Assembly (NCBI GenBank): GCA_035084275.1 | Contig: CM068761.1 | Location: forward strand, 8,308,001 to 8,372,000 | Origin: Hydrolagus colliei | Lineage: Eukaryota | DNA: 64,000 bases | Direction: 5' to 3' | Shown here: piece after piece, positions 12,621 through 24,892 of the stretch | How the letters are laid out: each line of letters starts with the position of its first letter | How positions within the stretch are numbered: the stretch's first letter is position 1 | Notes under the pieces: model-generated | What the model saw: only the letters and a program-made list of their open reading frames with translations | What the model was told of the DNA's origin: nothing | Databases searched by the model: none | Made by a program: the position numbers and the translations under genes

Positions 12621-12784
12621 GAATCTGGCTTCTAACTCTAACAGTCAGACTGTCTGTCTCTCTCTTTTCTATTGTAATAGATCTCATTTACACGTGCACA
12701 TTACATGCTAGTTTCAAGCAAGAAATGGAGGAGAATAAATCTCTAGATTTTGTTTTTTGTGTGTGTGTTCTATTTTGTGTTTAG

Positions 12785-13440
12785 AGATGGAGGGAGAGAA
12801 GGAGAGGGGGAAAGTTGGGAGAGAAGGAGAGAGGAAGAGAGGAGAGGGGGGGAGAGAATGAGAGGGGGAAAGGATGGAGAGAAGGAGCGAGGGGAGAGGA
12901 GGGAGAGAAGGAGAGAGGGGAGGGAGGGAGGGAGAGAAGGAGAGGGGGAAAGTTGGGAGAGAAGGAGAGAGGAAGAGGGAGGGAGAGAAGGAGAGGGTGA
13001 AAGGAGGGAGAGAAGGNNNNNNNNNNNNNNNNNNNNNNNNNNNNNNNNNNNNNNNNNNNNNNNNNNNNNNNNNNNNNNNNNNNNNNNNNNNNNNNNNNNN
13101 NNNNNNNNNNNNNNNNNNNNNNNNNNNNNNNNNNNNNNNNNNNNGAAGGAGCGAGGGAAAAGGAGGGAGAGAGGGGAGGGAGAGGGGGAATGTTGGGAGA
13201 GAAGGAGAGAGGAAGAGAGGAGAGGGAGGGAGAGAAGGAGAGGTGGAAAGGAGGGAGAGAAGGAGTGAGGGGAAAGGGGGGAGGGAGAGAAGGAGAGAGG
13301 GGAGGGAGGGAGGGAGAGAAGGAGAGGTGGAAAGGAGGGAGAGGAGACAGGGAGGAGGGAGAGTAGAGAGGGAGAGTGGAGGGGGAGGGAGAGACGGAGA
13401 GAGGAGAGGAGGGAGAGAAGGAGAGGGGGAGGGAGGGAGC
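12785..13440 (+). repeat. Polypurine (GA-rich) tandem repeat containing an assembly gap
   Basis: Repeats of GGGAGAGAAGGAGAG-type units; 128 N at 13017-13144. Confidence 0.95.
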
Positions 13441-14438
13441 AAACAACATTGTATAATTCAACAGACTTTGACACCAACATTACAAACTTTCTGGACCTAG
13501 AGCACGCATTTCGAAATGTGCGTGCACCGCGACTGCGCGCGCATCGTCAGTGCGGACGCACCGTCAATGCGCGCGTACCGCGACTGAGCGCGCACCATAA
13601 ATGCGCGCGCGCCATCAATGCACGCGCACTTCGAATGCACGCGCATGCGCAGTATAAAAACTCGATAGATCGGTTCAAGCAGGTATGAGCAAACCGATAT
13701 ATCCATATCCGGAAAAATCCCATATCGCCGTTCCCTACTGCAGACTGTTCAAAGTTACTTAAAATATAGATATTTGGAAGATGTACCCGTTCCATAGGGT
13801 TGGATACATGAAAACCTGTTGCACCACACAGTTCAAACATACACTGCAGATGCGGTCACAAAACCTTTAAAGATTGAACTATATTTGAAGTCATTCATTT
13901 ACCACCTCATGCTCCGGTCCATTGATCCATATTGATACATCTCATTTCAATTGCGTGGACAGGAACTGGTTGCACCTAATGCTTTATACCAACAATAACA
14001 AAATTATGGTTGTACAGTGCCTTTCACATCGGGAGGATGTCCCAAGGCACTGAAACCCTGCTTAATAAACTGCAGTAAAAGCCCGTTTATCCGGCACCCG
14101 ATCAACTGTAACTTCCGTATAACTGGCACATCAAAAAAAAAAGTCTGCATTCGATTAACCAGAATTCATCCGGAAAAATGCATTAAAAAATGTTTTTTGC
14201 TGCTACTGGTGCCTGAAGGTGGCGCTGCCGTTTTTTCCCCCTCACAACGAGTATAGTACGATAAATTTTGAATAATGCGGTAGTGTACAATTCTGTACAC
14301 TGAAATGCTGCATTAAAATGTAAATCTAGACTCGGATAGAATTTGACCCCAAATGTTACAATATTATCATCTCTGTGTGTTTGGATGGGCAGATTTCGCT
14401 GTTGTGTTCCACAATTACAAAAGTTTGTATTCTGTTAG

Positions 14439-14612
14439 GTTGTTACTGCAATGGGACGTCCCTGGCATCCAGAGCACTTTGTTTGCACCCATTGCCAAGA
14501 AGAGATTGGATCTCGTAATTTCTTTGAACGTGATGGGCAGCCATACTGTGAGAAAGACTATCATAACCTATTTTCTCCTCGCTGTAACTACTGCAATGGA
14601 CCCATTCTGGAT
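14439..14612 (+). CDS. PXN: Paxillin LIM1/LIM2 exon
   Basis: [58 protein letters not shown]; canonical splice sites. Confidence 0.97.
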
Positions 14613-14923
14613 GTGAGTATGTTGAATTGCTACTTTGTTTAAAATAAAATATATAATTCTACTAGGAGCTCAGTAGTCCAGGCTTGTTAGCTGGGCAGCA
14701 TAACCTTACCAATCACAAATGTAGACACATGTGGACATTGTTACAGTCAGTGTTGTATTTTGCAAATAGCATCACTTTTGGGAATTGCATTCCGACTGCA
14801 ATCGAATATTTTATTAACACAATTGATGTATAGGCTGACACTGAATGTGTTGGTGTGGGTGGAGCAGGGGCAAAGTGTTCTGCTGCACTGATGGTGCCTT
14901 CTCTTGGCTTTTCTGTCTTCTAG

Positions 14924-15005
14924 AAAGTGGTGACGGCACTGGATCGGACTTGGCATCCTGAACATTTCTTCTGTGCCCAGTGTGGCGCCTTTTTTGGACC
15001 GGATG
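14924..15005 (+). CDS. PXN: Paxillin LIM2 exon
   Basis: [27 protein letters not shown]; 82 nt, phase 0 to 1. Confidence 0.97.
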
Positions 15006-15693
15006 GTATAGCTCTGTCTTATTTGTTTCTTAAGTTGTGTATTTCTGTGATTCCAAATTACTTGCTTAGCAACAGCAAATAAAATGCACACTCTTTGTAT
15101 GAAAGTAAAATAATTACCTCTTCAATCAATTGTCCTTTCAGCACTTTCTGTGCTGATGTAAGGCTGTGCAGACCAAATCAGTTTTGCCTCACGGAACAGG
15201 AGAAAGAAAAAAGATAAAAGCCACTAAATACATCATTGCTTATATTACCAGCATTTCAACTGAACTTAAATCTCCTGGATTTGAGCGGAAGCAGCAGCAC
15301 ATTATCTATGGAATCTATGGAATTGTCACCATTTGTAAATTAAATTGTTACTCAATTTGCTGATTGACAATATCAGTCTGCAGCTACACTAAATGATCAC
15401 TTTGCAAAAGCAAATTCACATTACCAGTGCTTTCAGTTTTAAATTGAGCTTTAGAAACTTTTTTCCCATTGCGATAGCTTTTAGACATTTCAACAAGAGA
15501 GTCTTGTCATTTGATGGCTTCCTTCTCATGAATCAACCTGACAGGTGTGCCGATCTTCGATAGAGTGCAATCAAACCTGTTCAAGCAATCACCTCCATTC
15601 ATCAACCACCCCATTAACAACCGCCCTAGCACAGTCCAGACACAGATAGAAAATACTCCCAACAAACTTTTACTCTGACATCCTTATACAATA

Positions 15694-15990
15694 ATAATAA
15701 TAATCCTTGCATTTGGTATAGTACTTTTCATGTCTTCTAGATGTCTCAAAGCACTTCACAGAATATACTGCAAAGGTAATTGACTATATTTGTGGGCAAA
15801 ACATGGCAACCAAATAAGCACAGCAGTGTCCCACAAACAGTCGTGGATTGAAATGACCAATTTATTTTTGAGGCATTATTATCAGCCGGGCTGAGTAGGG
15901 AAACTTGTCCAAACTTTCGCCCCACTGGGAATCAAACCCAGGTTTCTTGCTTATGATCTGGGTGCTCTAACCATTGAGCTACAGGACTCC
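15694..15990 (-). mobile_element. DeuSINE-like SINE copy
   Basis: Full head-to-tail match to the SINE family. Confidence 0.8.
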
Positions 15991-16123
15991 ACTTAAAGGC
16001 CACTATAAAGATAAAGTCCACTTTGGCCCAGTCCTCAAAATATTCAGGTTTGACTAGTTTAAACAGCAGAAAGGCTGGGTTTATCATAAATCCTACTGTA
16101 ATCATGTCTATTCTTGTTTCTAG

Positions 16124-16272
16124 GATTCCATGAGAAAGATGGGAAGGCATATTGTCGCAAAGATTACTTTGATATGTTTGCACCCAAGTGTGGTGGCTGT
16201 GCAAGAGCCATTCTGGAAAATTACATTTCGGCCCTCAGTTCATTGTGGCACCCAGAGTGCTTTGTATGCCGG
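16124..16272 (+). CDS. PXN: Paxillin LIM2/LIM3 exon
   Basis: [49 protein letters not shown]; phase 1 to 0. Confidence 0.97.
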
Positions 16273-16712
16273 GTAAGGGATAAGTCGCTAATGATCCCTG
16301 TGTGGTGATAAATGTGATTCATGGCCATTAGGCACTTTTATGGGTTGGTATTTGTGATTGGCGTGAATGTATATAAATATTTGTCAATTGCTATGTCTGC
16401 AACAGCTGCTAAATAGTCATTAGAAAAGCAAAAACATATTCTCAATTGTTTCATTTGGTAGGGATCTTCAAAGATTGCTGCTTGTAAATGTATAATTTAT
16501 CCCAGCCCCATTCTATTTCTCTCCTATTATTTTCCATATTATTCAAAAAAGATGTTGACCCCAAACTCTGTGATCCAACAATTTGGATGTCAAGCCTATA
16601 CCTGTTATTAATTCCAGAATAGAATTTTGGGTTGGATGGAATGTTGTTTTTATTTTAATGACATGCATTTAATAATAGTAATGTATTATTATTAATTCTT
16701 GCATTTGATATA

Positions 16713-17092
16713 CCGTAAATACCCGCATATAAGGCGCACTCCCCACTTTTGACCACTTTGTGGCGAAAAAAAATGGAAGCACTTTTGATGATATTGCCGG
16801 TGGAATTTTTTTTTCTGTCGGCAATATCGTCACAAAAAAATAATTCCACCAAAAAAAATCCATCGGCGATGCAGCCCAGCATTACCGTGAAGTAAGAATT
16901 ACTGGACATCGGAGGTGAGTGGCGCCTGGTCTGCGTTGCCGATCCTGGAGCGGGTAGTTGTACTGGCGGTGCAGTTTGATGACGTACCTCTGGGGGCTGG
17001 TCGTCTTTTCCTTGTATCGTATAAGGCGCACCCCCATCTTTCGAGACTTTATGACATGAAACAAAGTGCGCCTTATACGCGAAGATTTACGG
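16713..17092. mobile_element. Tc1/mariner (Tc2-like) MITE inserted in a SINE
   Basis: TIRs CCGTAAATACCCGCATATAAGGCGCAC / GTGCGCCTTATACGCGAAGATTTACGG, inserted at the TA of the SINE tail. Confidence 0.8.
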
Positions 17093-17221
17093 AAGTGCTT
17101 TTCACGTCTTCTAGATATCTCAAAGTGCTTCACAATACACTGTAAAGTGAATTGACTGTATATTTGTGGGCGAAATGCAACAACCACTTGCGCACATCAG
17201 TGTCCCACACACAGTCGTGAA

Positions 17222-17360
17222 TTCATAGAAATATAGAATTTTACGGCACAAGAGGAGGCCATTTGGCTCATCTGGTCTGTGCCGGCTCTTTGAAAAGAGC
17301 AACTCAATCCCACTGCCCCGCTCTCTCCCCACAACCTAACAGACCTGTTCTCCCTAAATA
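17222..17360 (-). mobile_element. CR1 LINE 3' end inserted in a SINE
   Basis: Reverse complement of GAGCCGGCACAGAC..AAATGGCCTCC..GTGCCGTAAAATTCTA; a + strand copy lies at ~34960-35055. Confidence 0.7.
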
Positions 17361-17652
17361 AAGATCTAATTGAAATGACCAATGTATTATTGTTTGTTTT
17401 CTTGAGGGATTATTATTAGGCATGTGGAGTAAGGAAAGTTGCCCAAGGTTTCGCCCTGCCTAGAATTAAATCCAGTTGTCTTGCTTGTAAGGCGAGTGGT
17501 CTAACTACTGAGTCACAGGACTCTACAAGACTGGGTTCATATAAATTTTCCAGTTCTTAACCACACTGGCACAGACAGTGGCAATATTGGTGTGTTAACA
17601 GCCCAATTGCAATGTGTTTTTTCAAAAATGATAATTTTTTATTGCTTTGCAG

Positions 17653-17919
17653 GAGTGTTTCACCCCGTTCGTAAACGGCAGCTTTTTTGAACATGATGGG
17701 CAGCCATATTGTGAGATGCATTACCACGAGCGTCGCAACTCGCTCTGCTCTGGATGCCAGAAGCCCATCACAGGTCGCTGTATTACCGCCATGGGGAAGA
17801 AATTTCACCCAGAGCACTTTGTCTGCGCTTTCTGCCTGAAACAACTCAACAAGGGCACCTTCAAGGAGCAAAATGATAAGCCCTATTGTCACAATTGCTT
17901 TGTTAAGCTCTTCTGTTAA
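17653..17919 (+). CDS. PXN: Paxillin terminal exon (LIM3/LIM4)
   Basis: [20 protein letters not shown]...[13 protein letters not shown]-stop. Confidence 0.98.
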   Translation, partial: ECFTPFVNGSFFEHDGQPYCEMHYHERRNSLCSGCQKPITGRCITAMGKKFHPEHFVCAFCLKQLNKGTFKEQNDKPYCHNCFVKLFC

Positions 17920-20244
17920 ACCCATCCCACCAAACAATTGACCAGTTTATCCATTCCTGCGATCCCACATATCCACACATATCCATTCAATACCAACAAA
18001 ACAGAAGACTCTAGGTTTTTAATGAGTATTATGGTTCTTGTATTGAAATAAAATCCATTACTTTCCCATTATAGAGACTGAAAAGAGGAGAAGCTTCTTA
18101 AATGTCATTTTCCGAGTATTACAAATAGCTACTACAACAACAACAAAATTACATTTCTAGAGCGTCTTTCACGTCGGAAGGACGTCCCAAGGCTCTATGT
18201 TTCTCCCTTTTTCTGAGCACTTCAGAAAGGCCAGGGTATACAAATTGCATTCCTACAGTGAACTGAATGTCTTCAGATATGTCCATTGAAAAGGATACTC
18301 TTATTGTGGGAATGTTGAAAGATGTGGAATGAGATTCCACTATGCAGAAAATCTGTATGATTTCAAGGGCTCTCAGCTTTCTTTGAAAGCCCGAGCATCT
18401 CATATGAGATCCGTTCCAAAGAGAGGAGAGCTTTGCAAATGATAGGAGCTCCTTTATAATGTAGAACAAGAGTTGGCACCTCAACCGTGTCATTTTACAA
18501 ATAAGAGGAAAAGGTAAGCCTTTTGAGGTTATCTGGTTACCCTGCTGCTCTTAGCATTTTTGGAACCCACATATTGAACTGAATGACTGACTGCTTGATT
18601 TAAAACTATGGCCATAGACTATTCATTTTAGTTCTATAGGTCTGGAACCCACCTGGTTTGATTTCAAATGACAATAATGTCACATATAACAGGAGACAGG
18701 TTCCTTGTATGCTCTGGAGGTTGTACAGGAGGATGCTCCCTCGGGGGGATAGCTCCACACTCACACCTGTCCTAGCTGTGTATATTCCGTTTCAATCCTT
18801 CTTAGCTACAATTTAAAAGTAGCCCTGTATGCAATTGGTTTTCACCTTTCCCTCACACTCTTCAAGAGATGGAGAGCAAATGTTACATTTTGCTACTCTC
18901 TAAATTAATGCCTTTTGTGATATTACCAGCAGACTCCCAAGACTCAAACCCATATTCAGCAGCAGTGCACATTGAGAGACTATTTACTCCATTTAGCAGG
19001 TCCTTTTACAGAAATCACACATCTTTTTCACCTTCCTATCATCCTGATGCCAACTCCATATCTCTGCACCTATGAGTAAGTGTCATGCTGAGTGTTTTTC
19101 AGTGTTAAAGGTAAACTGAACAGTGAGGACTGTCATTGTAAAAATATCCCTAAGGAGAGCAAAGAATCTGCAATGAACAATCCCTTAAAGAAACCATGTA
19201 AAGCTATTAGAGGCTGTGGGTTAGTAAGCCCCTAAAAAGGAACCATTTCAAATGTGTGAGATGATTGTGCTGGAAAGCAGTATTTTATTCTGAAAAATGT
19301 TCACTTTAAGATGTACAGCAATGTCTCTGACATTACTAATGCCTTTGACTGTAACTGAAGCAATAATATTTCTCAGCGACAGCCACAATCGCACTGTCCT
19401 AATGTAGTGTGTCGGAGCTTTCTCCGAGACATCTGCTGTAGATGTATTTGATAGAAACTTTTGCAGTACTTAAATACAGAATCTTTTGCAGCACTGTATG
19501 TTTTTATCCTCTGGGTTCAATTATCAGTGTCATTGATCACTTGGAACTCTGTTAATTCTGACCTTTCATGCCAGAACTTTAGATTTTAAAAACATAACCA
19601 CTTTTCTAAACCATGCATCCAGTTTGTAGTTTTGACTCAAGTCTATTATGATATAGGTAGTCTCAATGCTTTCTAATAATGACTGATTCTTACGTGAAAA
19701 AATCCAAAGGACTGTTGAGCAGGACATGCTCTTCACTTTTATAGCACAAAAATGTTAGTCTTTCAGGCATGTCCTAAAATAACATCAGTCAACAGAATAT
19801 TTTATAATTGTGAGCCTGTTGTATTTTTATTCAAATCTTCCATTCTAATTTGCCAATAATTTATCTTTTTACAAAGTCTTAATTCCTGCTGTGAAACCTC
19901 TACACAACTCTCCCTTATGTATGTACTAATATTTTTGATTACACCATGAGTAATTAATCCTTTTAAAAAAAAATGGTCACAAAGCAGAAGGCCAGAAGTA
20001 TTCTGATGCCATTTTAACTGGTTTGAATTTATCTGATTGAAGCCTCACTAACCAGTGTTTACAATGTATGAAATTCAATCTGCCGTTTAACCAAAGGGAG
20101 TCACTCAAGAATGAGAGACTGTTGTAAGGAGTTAGTCCTGATTCTGCAGACTCCTGATCAATAGCAATTGCCTTTGTTTATCAACATTTTTGTTCATCCT
20201 TTAATTATTGCTTTACACATATATCATGGAATTATGCCAATAAA
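17920..20244 (+). other. PXN: Probable PXN 3' UTR with candidate polyA signals
   Basis: AATAAA at 18047-18052 and 20239-20244. Which one is used is unknown. Confidence 0.45.
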
Positions 20245-21765
20245 AGTTACTTTCACTTTATGTCTTTTCATTTTATAATTGTGACCTCTTCCAAAGGATT
20301 TCACAGTCGACTGCACAACAATGTTAAGTCAATTTGACAAAAGCACCTTTTCTGTATTTCCATTTCTACGTCACTATCGTTTTTAGTCAGCCGGGTGTTA
20401 ACAACAACAAAATTACATCTATAGAGTGCCTTTCACATTGGCAGGATGCCCCAAGCGCTCTGACACATGCTGAAACCCATCACCAAGCTTGAGTATCCAA
20501 ACCAGATAGTTTCACACATGTAAACTATCTGCACATTAAAATTATGTTATATCTGGAATGGAATGTGCGCTCTATCTTTCCTGCACGGTTGCACCCTGCT
20601 TACCTAGTTAGGAAGAGGAGTCGGTGCATGTTGGTGAGAATCGAGTCTTAGGGATCCCAGAACCGTGGTTGGGGTACTGCTGGAGGTCAATCAGCTGAAA
20701 CTGCATAATTTACCTGCCTGGCAAATTTCCAGCTACTTGTCCAACTCGGGTTACACCAGGGCCAACAAAATCTACAATCATTTAACTTTCAATAAATCCT
20801 GTGAGATGCTTTGAAACATCCTCCTGCCTTGATCGCACTATGGCAATGCAACTTTTATTAATAATCAGGGTGGAATTTGATTGCAGATCTCAGAGGAAAT
20901 GGAATGCTAGTGGCTCACTTTGCCATTCAATTTCACCTATTGCATTATTTAAAAAAAATTTGAGTGATGGAACATTACTGTATTGTAGCCCTGTCAAGTT
21001 GCAGAGAAAATTCAACTGTTGATTCAGAATTGAGTACAAACTCCAAGATATGCAGATGAGCTGAGTTGATACAAAAAATTCATGAACACCAATATCAAAC
21101 TGACTGGTGGGCTGCCCTATTCTAGATAGACAGGATGAACACTGCGATGTAATTAATGTAATTGTTGAACCGCTGGGATAATGTGGGTTTCATTTCAATT
21201 CACTTCAATGCTGGCCACAGAAGTAGAGAACAAATGTATGAAATTTGCAAACCTCAAGTGATTAAAGGATTTTGTTTATTTCAACACAGTGGAATAAACC
21301 CCATCATCAGCAATTAATGCACTATTGATCAACTTCTTTAAAATGAAGTGGAATAACTATTTGTTAAAGAATGGGATTGATAGGTACAGGTATACTGTAC
21401 AGCATCACCAGCTAAATGAATAACTCACTTATTACTGGCTGCAGACCTACTGGTCCTCATAGGAATGTAATTTGTGGAACATAACAGTTGAATAGTGTAG
21501 ATATCAACATTGGATTGATATCCTAGTATTTTATATTGTTTCTAACCCTTTTCACATTCCTCACTTGGCTGTGCCAGGCTCCAACAACTTTGATTTATAT
21601 AGTGCCCTCCACACTGGACGGCGTCTCAGAGCGCTTCACAACAACGGATCCCAGGACCGAGCCAGGGGCAGGGGTAGAAAGGTGACTGAAGGCGCGGCCG
21701 AAGAGAAAGGTCTTTAGCTGAGACCTAAAACTGAGAAGAGAGGGAGCGAGGCGAAGGGAGTGAGG

Positions 21766-22040
21766 AACAACAACAACAAATTACATTTATAGAGCGCCTT
21801 TCACGTCGGGAGGACGTCCCAAAGCGCTGCACAGGAGGTGTGTGACCCGAGCTGGGAGGGTAATGTTTGGGAAGGGGTGAAACACGAAGGGGGGGTAAAA
21901 GAGTTCGGGGTGGAACAGAAGGCACGATCGGAGAGGAAAGTCTTCAAACCGGCCTTGAAAGAGGAAAGGGAAGAGACGAAATGGAGGGATTGAGGGATTG
22001 CATTCCAAAGGGTGGGAGCGGAGAAACTGAAAGCCCGGCC
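21766..22040 (-). mobile_element. L2 3' fragment
   Basis: High identity to the 6.6 and 11.7 kb copies. Confidence 0.85.
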
Positions 22041-22329
22041 TCCGAGGAAGGGTGTTCCAGAGCATCCTGGTGCAGTGGCTGATCAACAACAACAACAAAA
22101 TTACATTTATAGAGCGCCTTTCACGTTGGAGGAAATCGCAAGGCAGGTCAAAGGATGGGGGGGAGGGGGGTCAAGGGATGTGGGGCGTCAAAGGATTAGT
22201 CGGTCAAATGATTGGGGGCAAAGGTTTGGGGGGTCAAAGACGTGGGGGGTCAAAGCACTGGGGGGGGGGGGTCAAAGGATTGGCGCAATGTTCCTCATGC
22301 CTCAGTATGGGGATGGTATGCAGACTGCG

Positions 22330-22578
22330 CTGTGATTGGCTGTGTGTTTGCTTGTGGCAGGTAAAGAGCAGCGGCTGTTGCTGCTGCTGTCGCTGGGCGC
22401 TGATTGGTCGGGTGGACAGGCGAGACTTATCTGGCGGCTCTGATTGGTCCCAGCAGCCGCATGCTTGTGATTGGACGCGGTGGGTGGGGGGGAGGGGTCT
22501 GCGTGACATTTAGACTTGTGATTGGCCGGCGGTCCCGGGCCGGGGCGGTGTATCAGGAGCTGCCGTGGAGGCGCTGTT
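22330..22578 (+). promoter_or_regulatory. RPLP0: RPLP0 CpG-island promoter with multiple inverted CCAAT boxes
   Basis: TGATTGG with ATTGG at 22335, 22403, 22443, 22470 and 22521; GC box GGGGCGG; CpG-rich through ~22940. Confidence 0.8.
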
Positions 22579-22608
22579 CTCTTTCTTCCACGAAGCTCTC
22601 GGGTTGAG
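22579..22608 (+). other. RPLP0: RPLP0 non-coding exon 1 with 5' TOP tract
   Basis: CTCTTTCTTCC pyrimidine tract followed by GAG|gtgagt donor. TSS is approximate. Confidence 0.75.
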
Positions 22609-24838
22609 GTGAGTGAGGCCTAGTCCTGGGCTTAGGTTTAGGCCTGGTGTGGGACACACCGTCAGCGAGGGCCCGCGGCAGCCACACAGCCCGGACCACT
22701 CACCCTGCACCCCGGCCCGAGGTTGGCGTTGAGCCGGGCGGCAGAGCGGCAGCGCCTGCCCCAGGCCCTGACTGGAGCTGAGCCGAACCCCGGCTGTCAC
22801 GTGGCCTGCCGTGCCGGTCCTCTCGGCGCCAGTGGGCGGCCCGCGTCCATACTACAGGGCCAGGCCGACCCGAGGCCCTCGCTTCCGGCCCGCATGCCGG
22901 AGAATATGTCGGTGCTTTTCGGGAGGAGGGACTCTGCCGACCTCTGAATAAAGTTTAACCAAATCCCAGCACCAGTGACTATAACATTAATCCTTGGATT
23001 TAACACGGCGCCTTATCACATCTTCTAGACGTCTCAAAGCGCTTCACAGAATACATTATAAAGTGAATTGACTGTATATTTGTGGGCAAAACGTGGCAGC
23101 CAATTGCACACAGCAGCGTCCCCCACAACAGTGGTGGTTTGAAGCCAACAGTGGTGGTTTATTGTACAATACACACCATGTGCATTGTGTCCAACCCCAC
23201 GTATGGTATTGAGTCTCAGTGATTTCTCCCAACCTTTACTGTGCATTTGCAGATTCACCTATTGTTCGCTTACAAATGTTACTGTCACAGGACTTTAGGT
23301 AGTCAGTCGGATCAATCAATCAATCAAAACTTACATTGATATAGCGCCTTTCATGTCGAGAGGTCAGTCAGATTGTCTTGACACTTGTGGAAACCCAACT
23401 ACTATTATTGAAAGGGTGTCCAGATCAGATGAGGGTTACATATCTTAATCAACTGTTCACTTCCCTGAGTCTGAGATGAATATGCAGTCAATTCACTTTA
23501 CAGTATATTATGTGAAGCGCTTTGAAATGTCTCGAAGGCGAGAAAAGTGCTATATCAAATGCAAGGATTATTATTATAAATGCTCTCTCCCTGGATAGAC
23601 ACACTCTTCTCCACTGATCCTGGAGTGTGTTGGGGACAGGTCGGCGGGATCCCATCCTTGGTGACCCTGGAGTGCGTGTTCTAATCTGTGCTGAGTTTAT
23701 CCAGCAAGGAGCTTGTCACTGGGAACACTGATATATTATACTTGCCAATAATGTAGAAGTAATAATCCTTGCATTTTATATAGAACAAATAACACATAGA
23801 ATGCTTCGAAGCACTTTGCAAAATTAATGTGGTTTATGGTTGACCAGCTGAGTCAGGTTACTCAGCCAGAGCCCTGGGATGTGCTCCCGACGTAAAAGGC
23901 ACCATAAATATAATTTAGTTGTTGTCCAAGTGGGAGCCATTCATCCCAAATATTATATTTCCTATAATTCGATTGTTGAATTTAGAAGTTTTATTACCAA
24001 CCCAAGCACAGAATCTTGTTCATTAATAGACAGATTAGTAGATATTATTGTCTCAGCAGTGCACAAGATAATGCACAATTAACTTGCATTCATACAGCTC
24101 TTTTCATAAGAACATATCTTCATCCACAATTCTTATAACCGTATACAACAACAACTTGCACTTATACAGTTCCCTCCATGGATAGTTCCCATGGAAAGTG
24201 TCAAGAGTGCTTAACGGTGGTGGAGCCTGACTCCCAGGAGGGAGGTGGTTGTATATTCTACAAAGTGCTTTGGCACACCTTCCTAATGTGGAACTTGCTT
24301 TCCAAATGTAATTTGTTGTTGTCTCAGCGATATGATATAGTGCTGTATCAAATGCAACGATTATCAGTACATTGAGGTGCTTTACAGATACAAAGAGTAA
24401 GTTTGACAGTGGAGAGGCCAAGTGCAAGATGGAGGGATTCAGGGAGGAAGTTTGACCGACTGATGTAGAATCTGGGGGATATAGAGCAGCCTGACACTTC
24501 TCGTCTTCGGGACGTCTCAAAGCACTTCACAGAATATACTGTAAAGTAGATTCTGGGAGATATAGAGCAGCCTGAAAGGTGCAGGGTCACTGGTGGTTAC
24601 AACAACAACACAATTACACTTGTAAGAGGGCATCAGAGGTTTTTTGTTGAGCTAATAGGGGATTACATTTTTAATGGAATGTTTTTTCTTTTGGTTGAAG
24701 GGGTACACTTAGTACTAATGTCTGGTGTAGTTGTAACTCCCACGTTGTGTGGTTAACTTACAGTATTCTTTCTCATTCTCTTGCAGTGAGATCTTGTCTT
24801 TAAACCAGTTTGTGGCAATCCTTGGAAGCACTGCAAAG

Positions 24839-24892
24839 ATGCCCAGGGAAGACCGAGCAACGTGGAAGTCAAACTATTTTCTGAAAATTATC
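24839..24892 (+). CDS. RPLP0: 60S acidic ribosomal protein P0, exon 2 CDS (exon starts 24787)
   Basis: MPREDRATWKSNYFLKII|gtacgt. Confidence 0.98.

Larger units (their letters stand above)
10813..13737 (+). mobile_element. hAT (Ac/ZBED1-like) transposon, internally deleted, with nested L2
   Basis: Perfect 14-bp TIRs TAGGGAACGGCGAT (10813-10826, 13724-13737). Perfect 8-bp TSD CTGCAGAC (10805-10812, 13738-13745). CGATAT and GCGCGCAC subterminal repeats. Confidence 0.93.

Noticed and set aside
12714-13500. Long Ser/Pro/Leu or Glu/Arg/Gly ORFs
   Set aside because: Artefacts of the polypurine repeat spanning an N gap.
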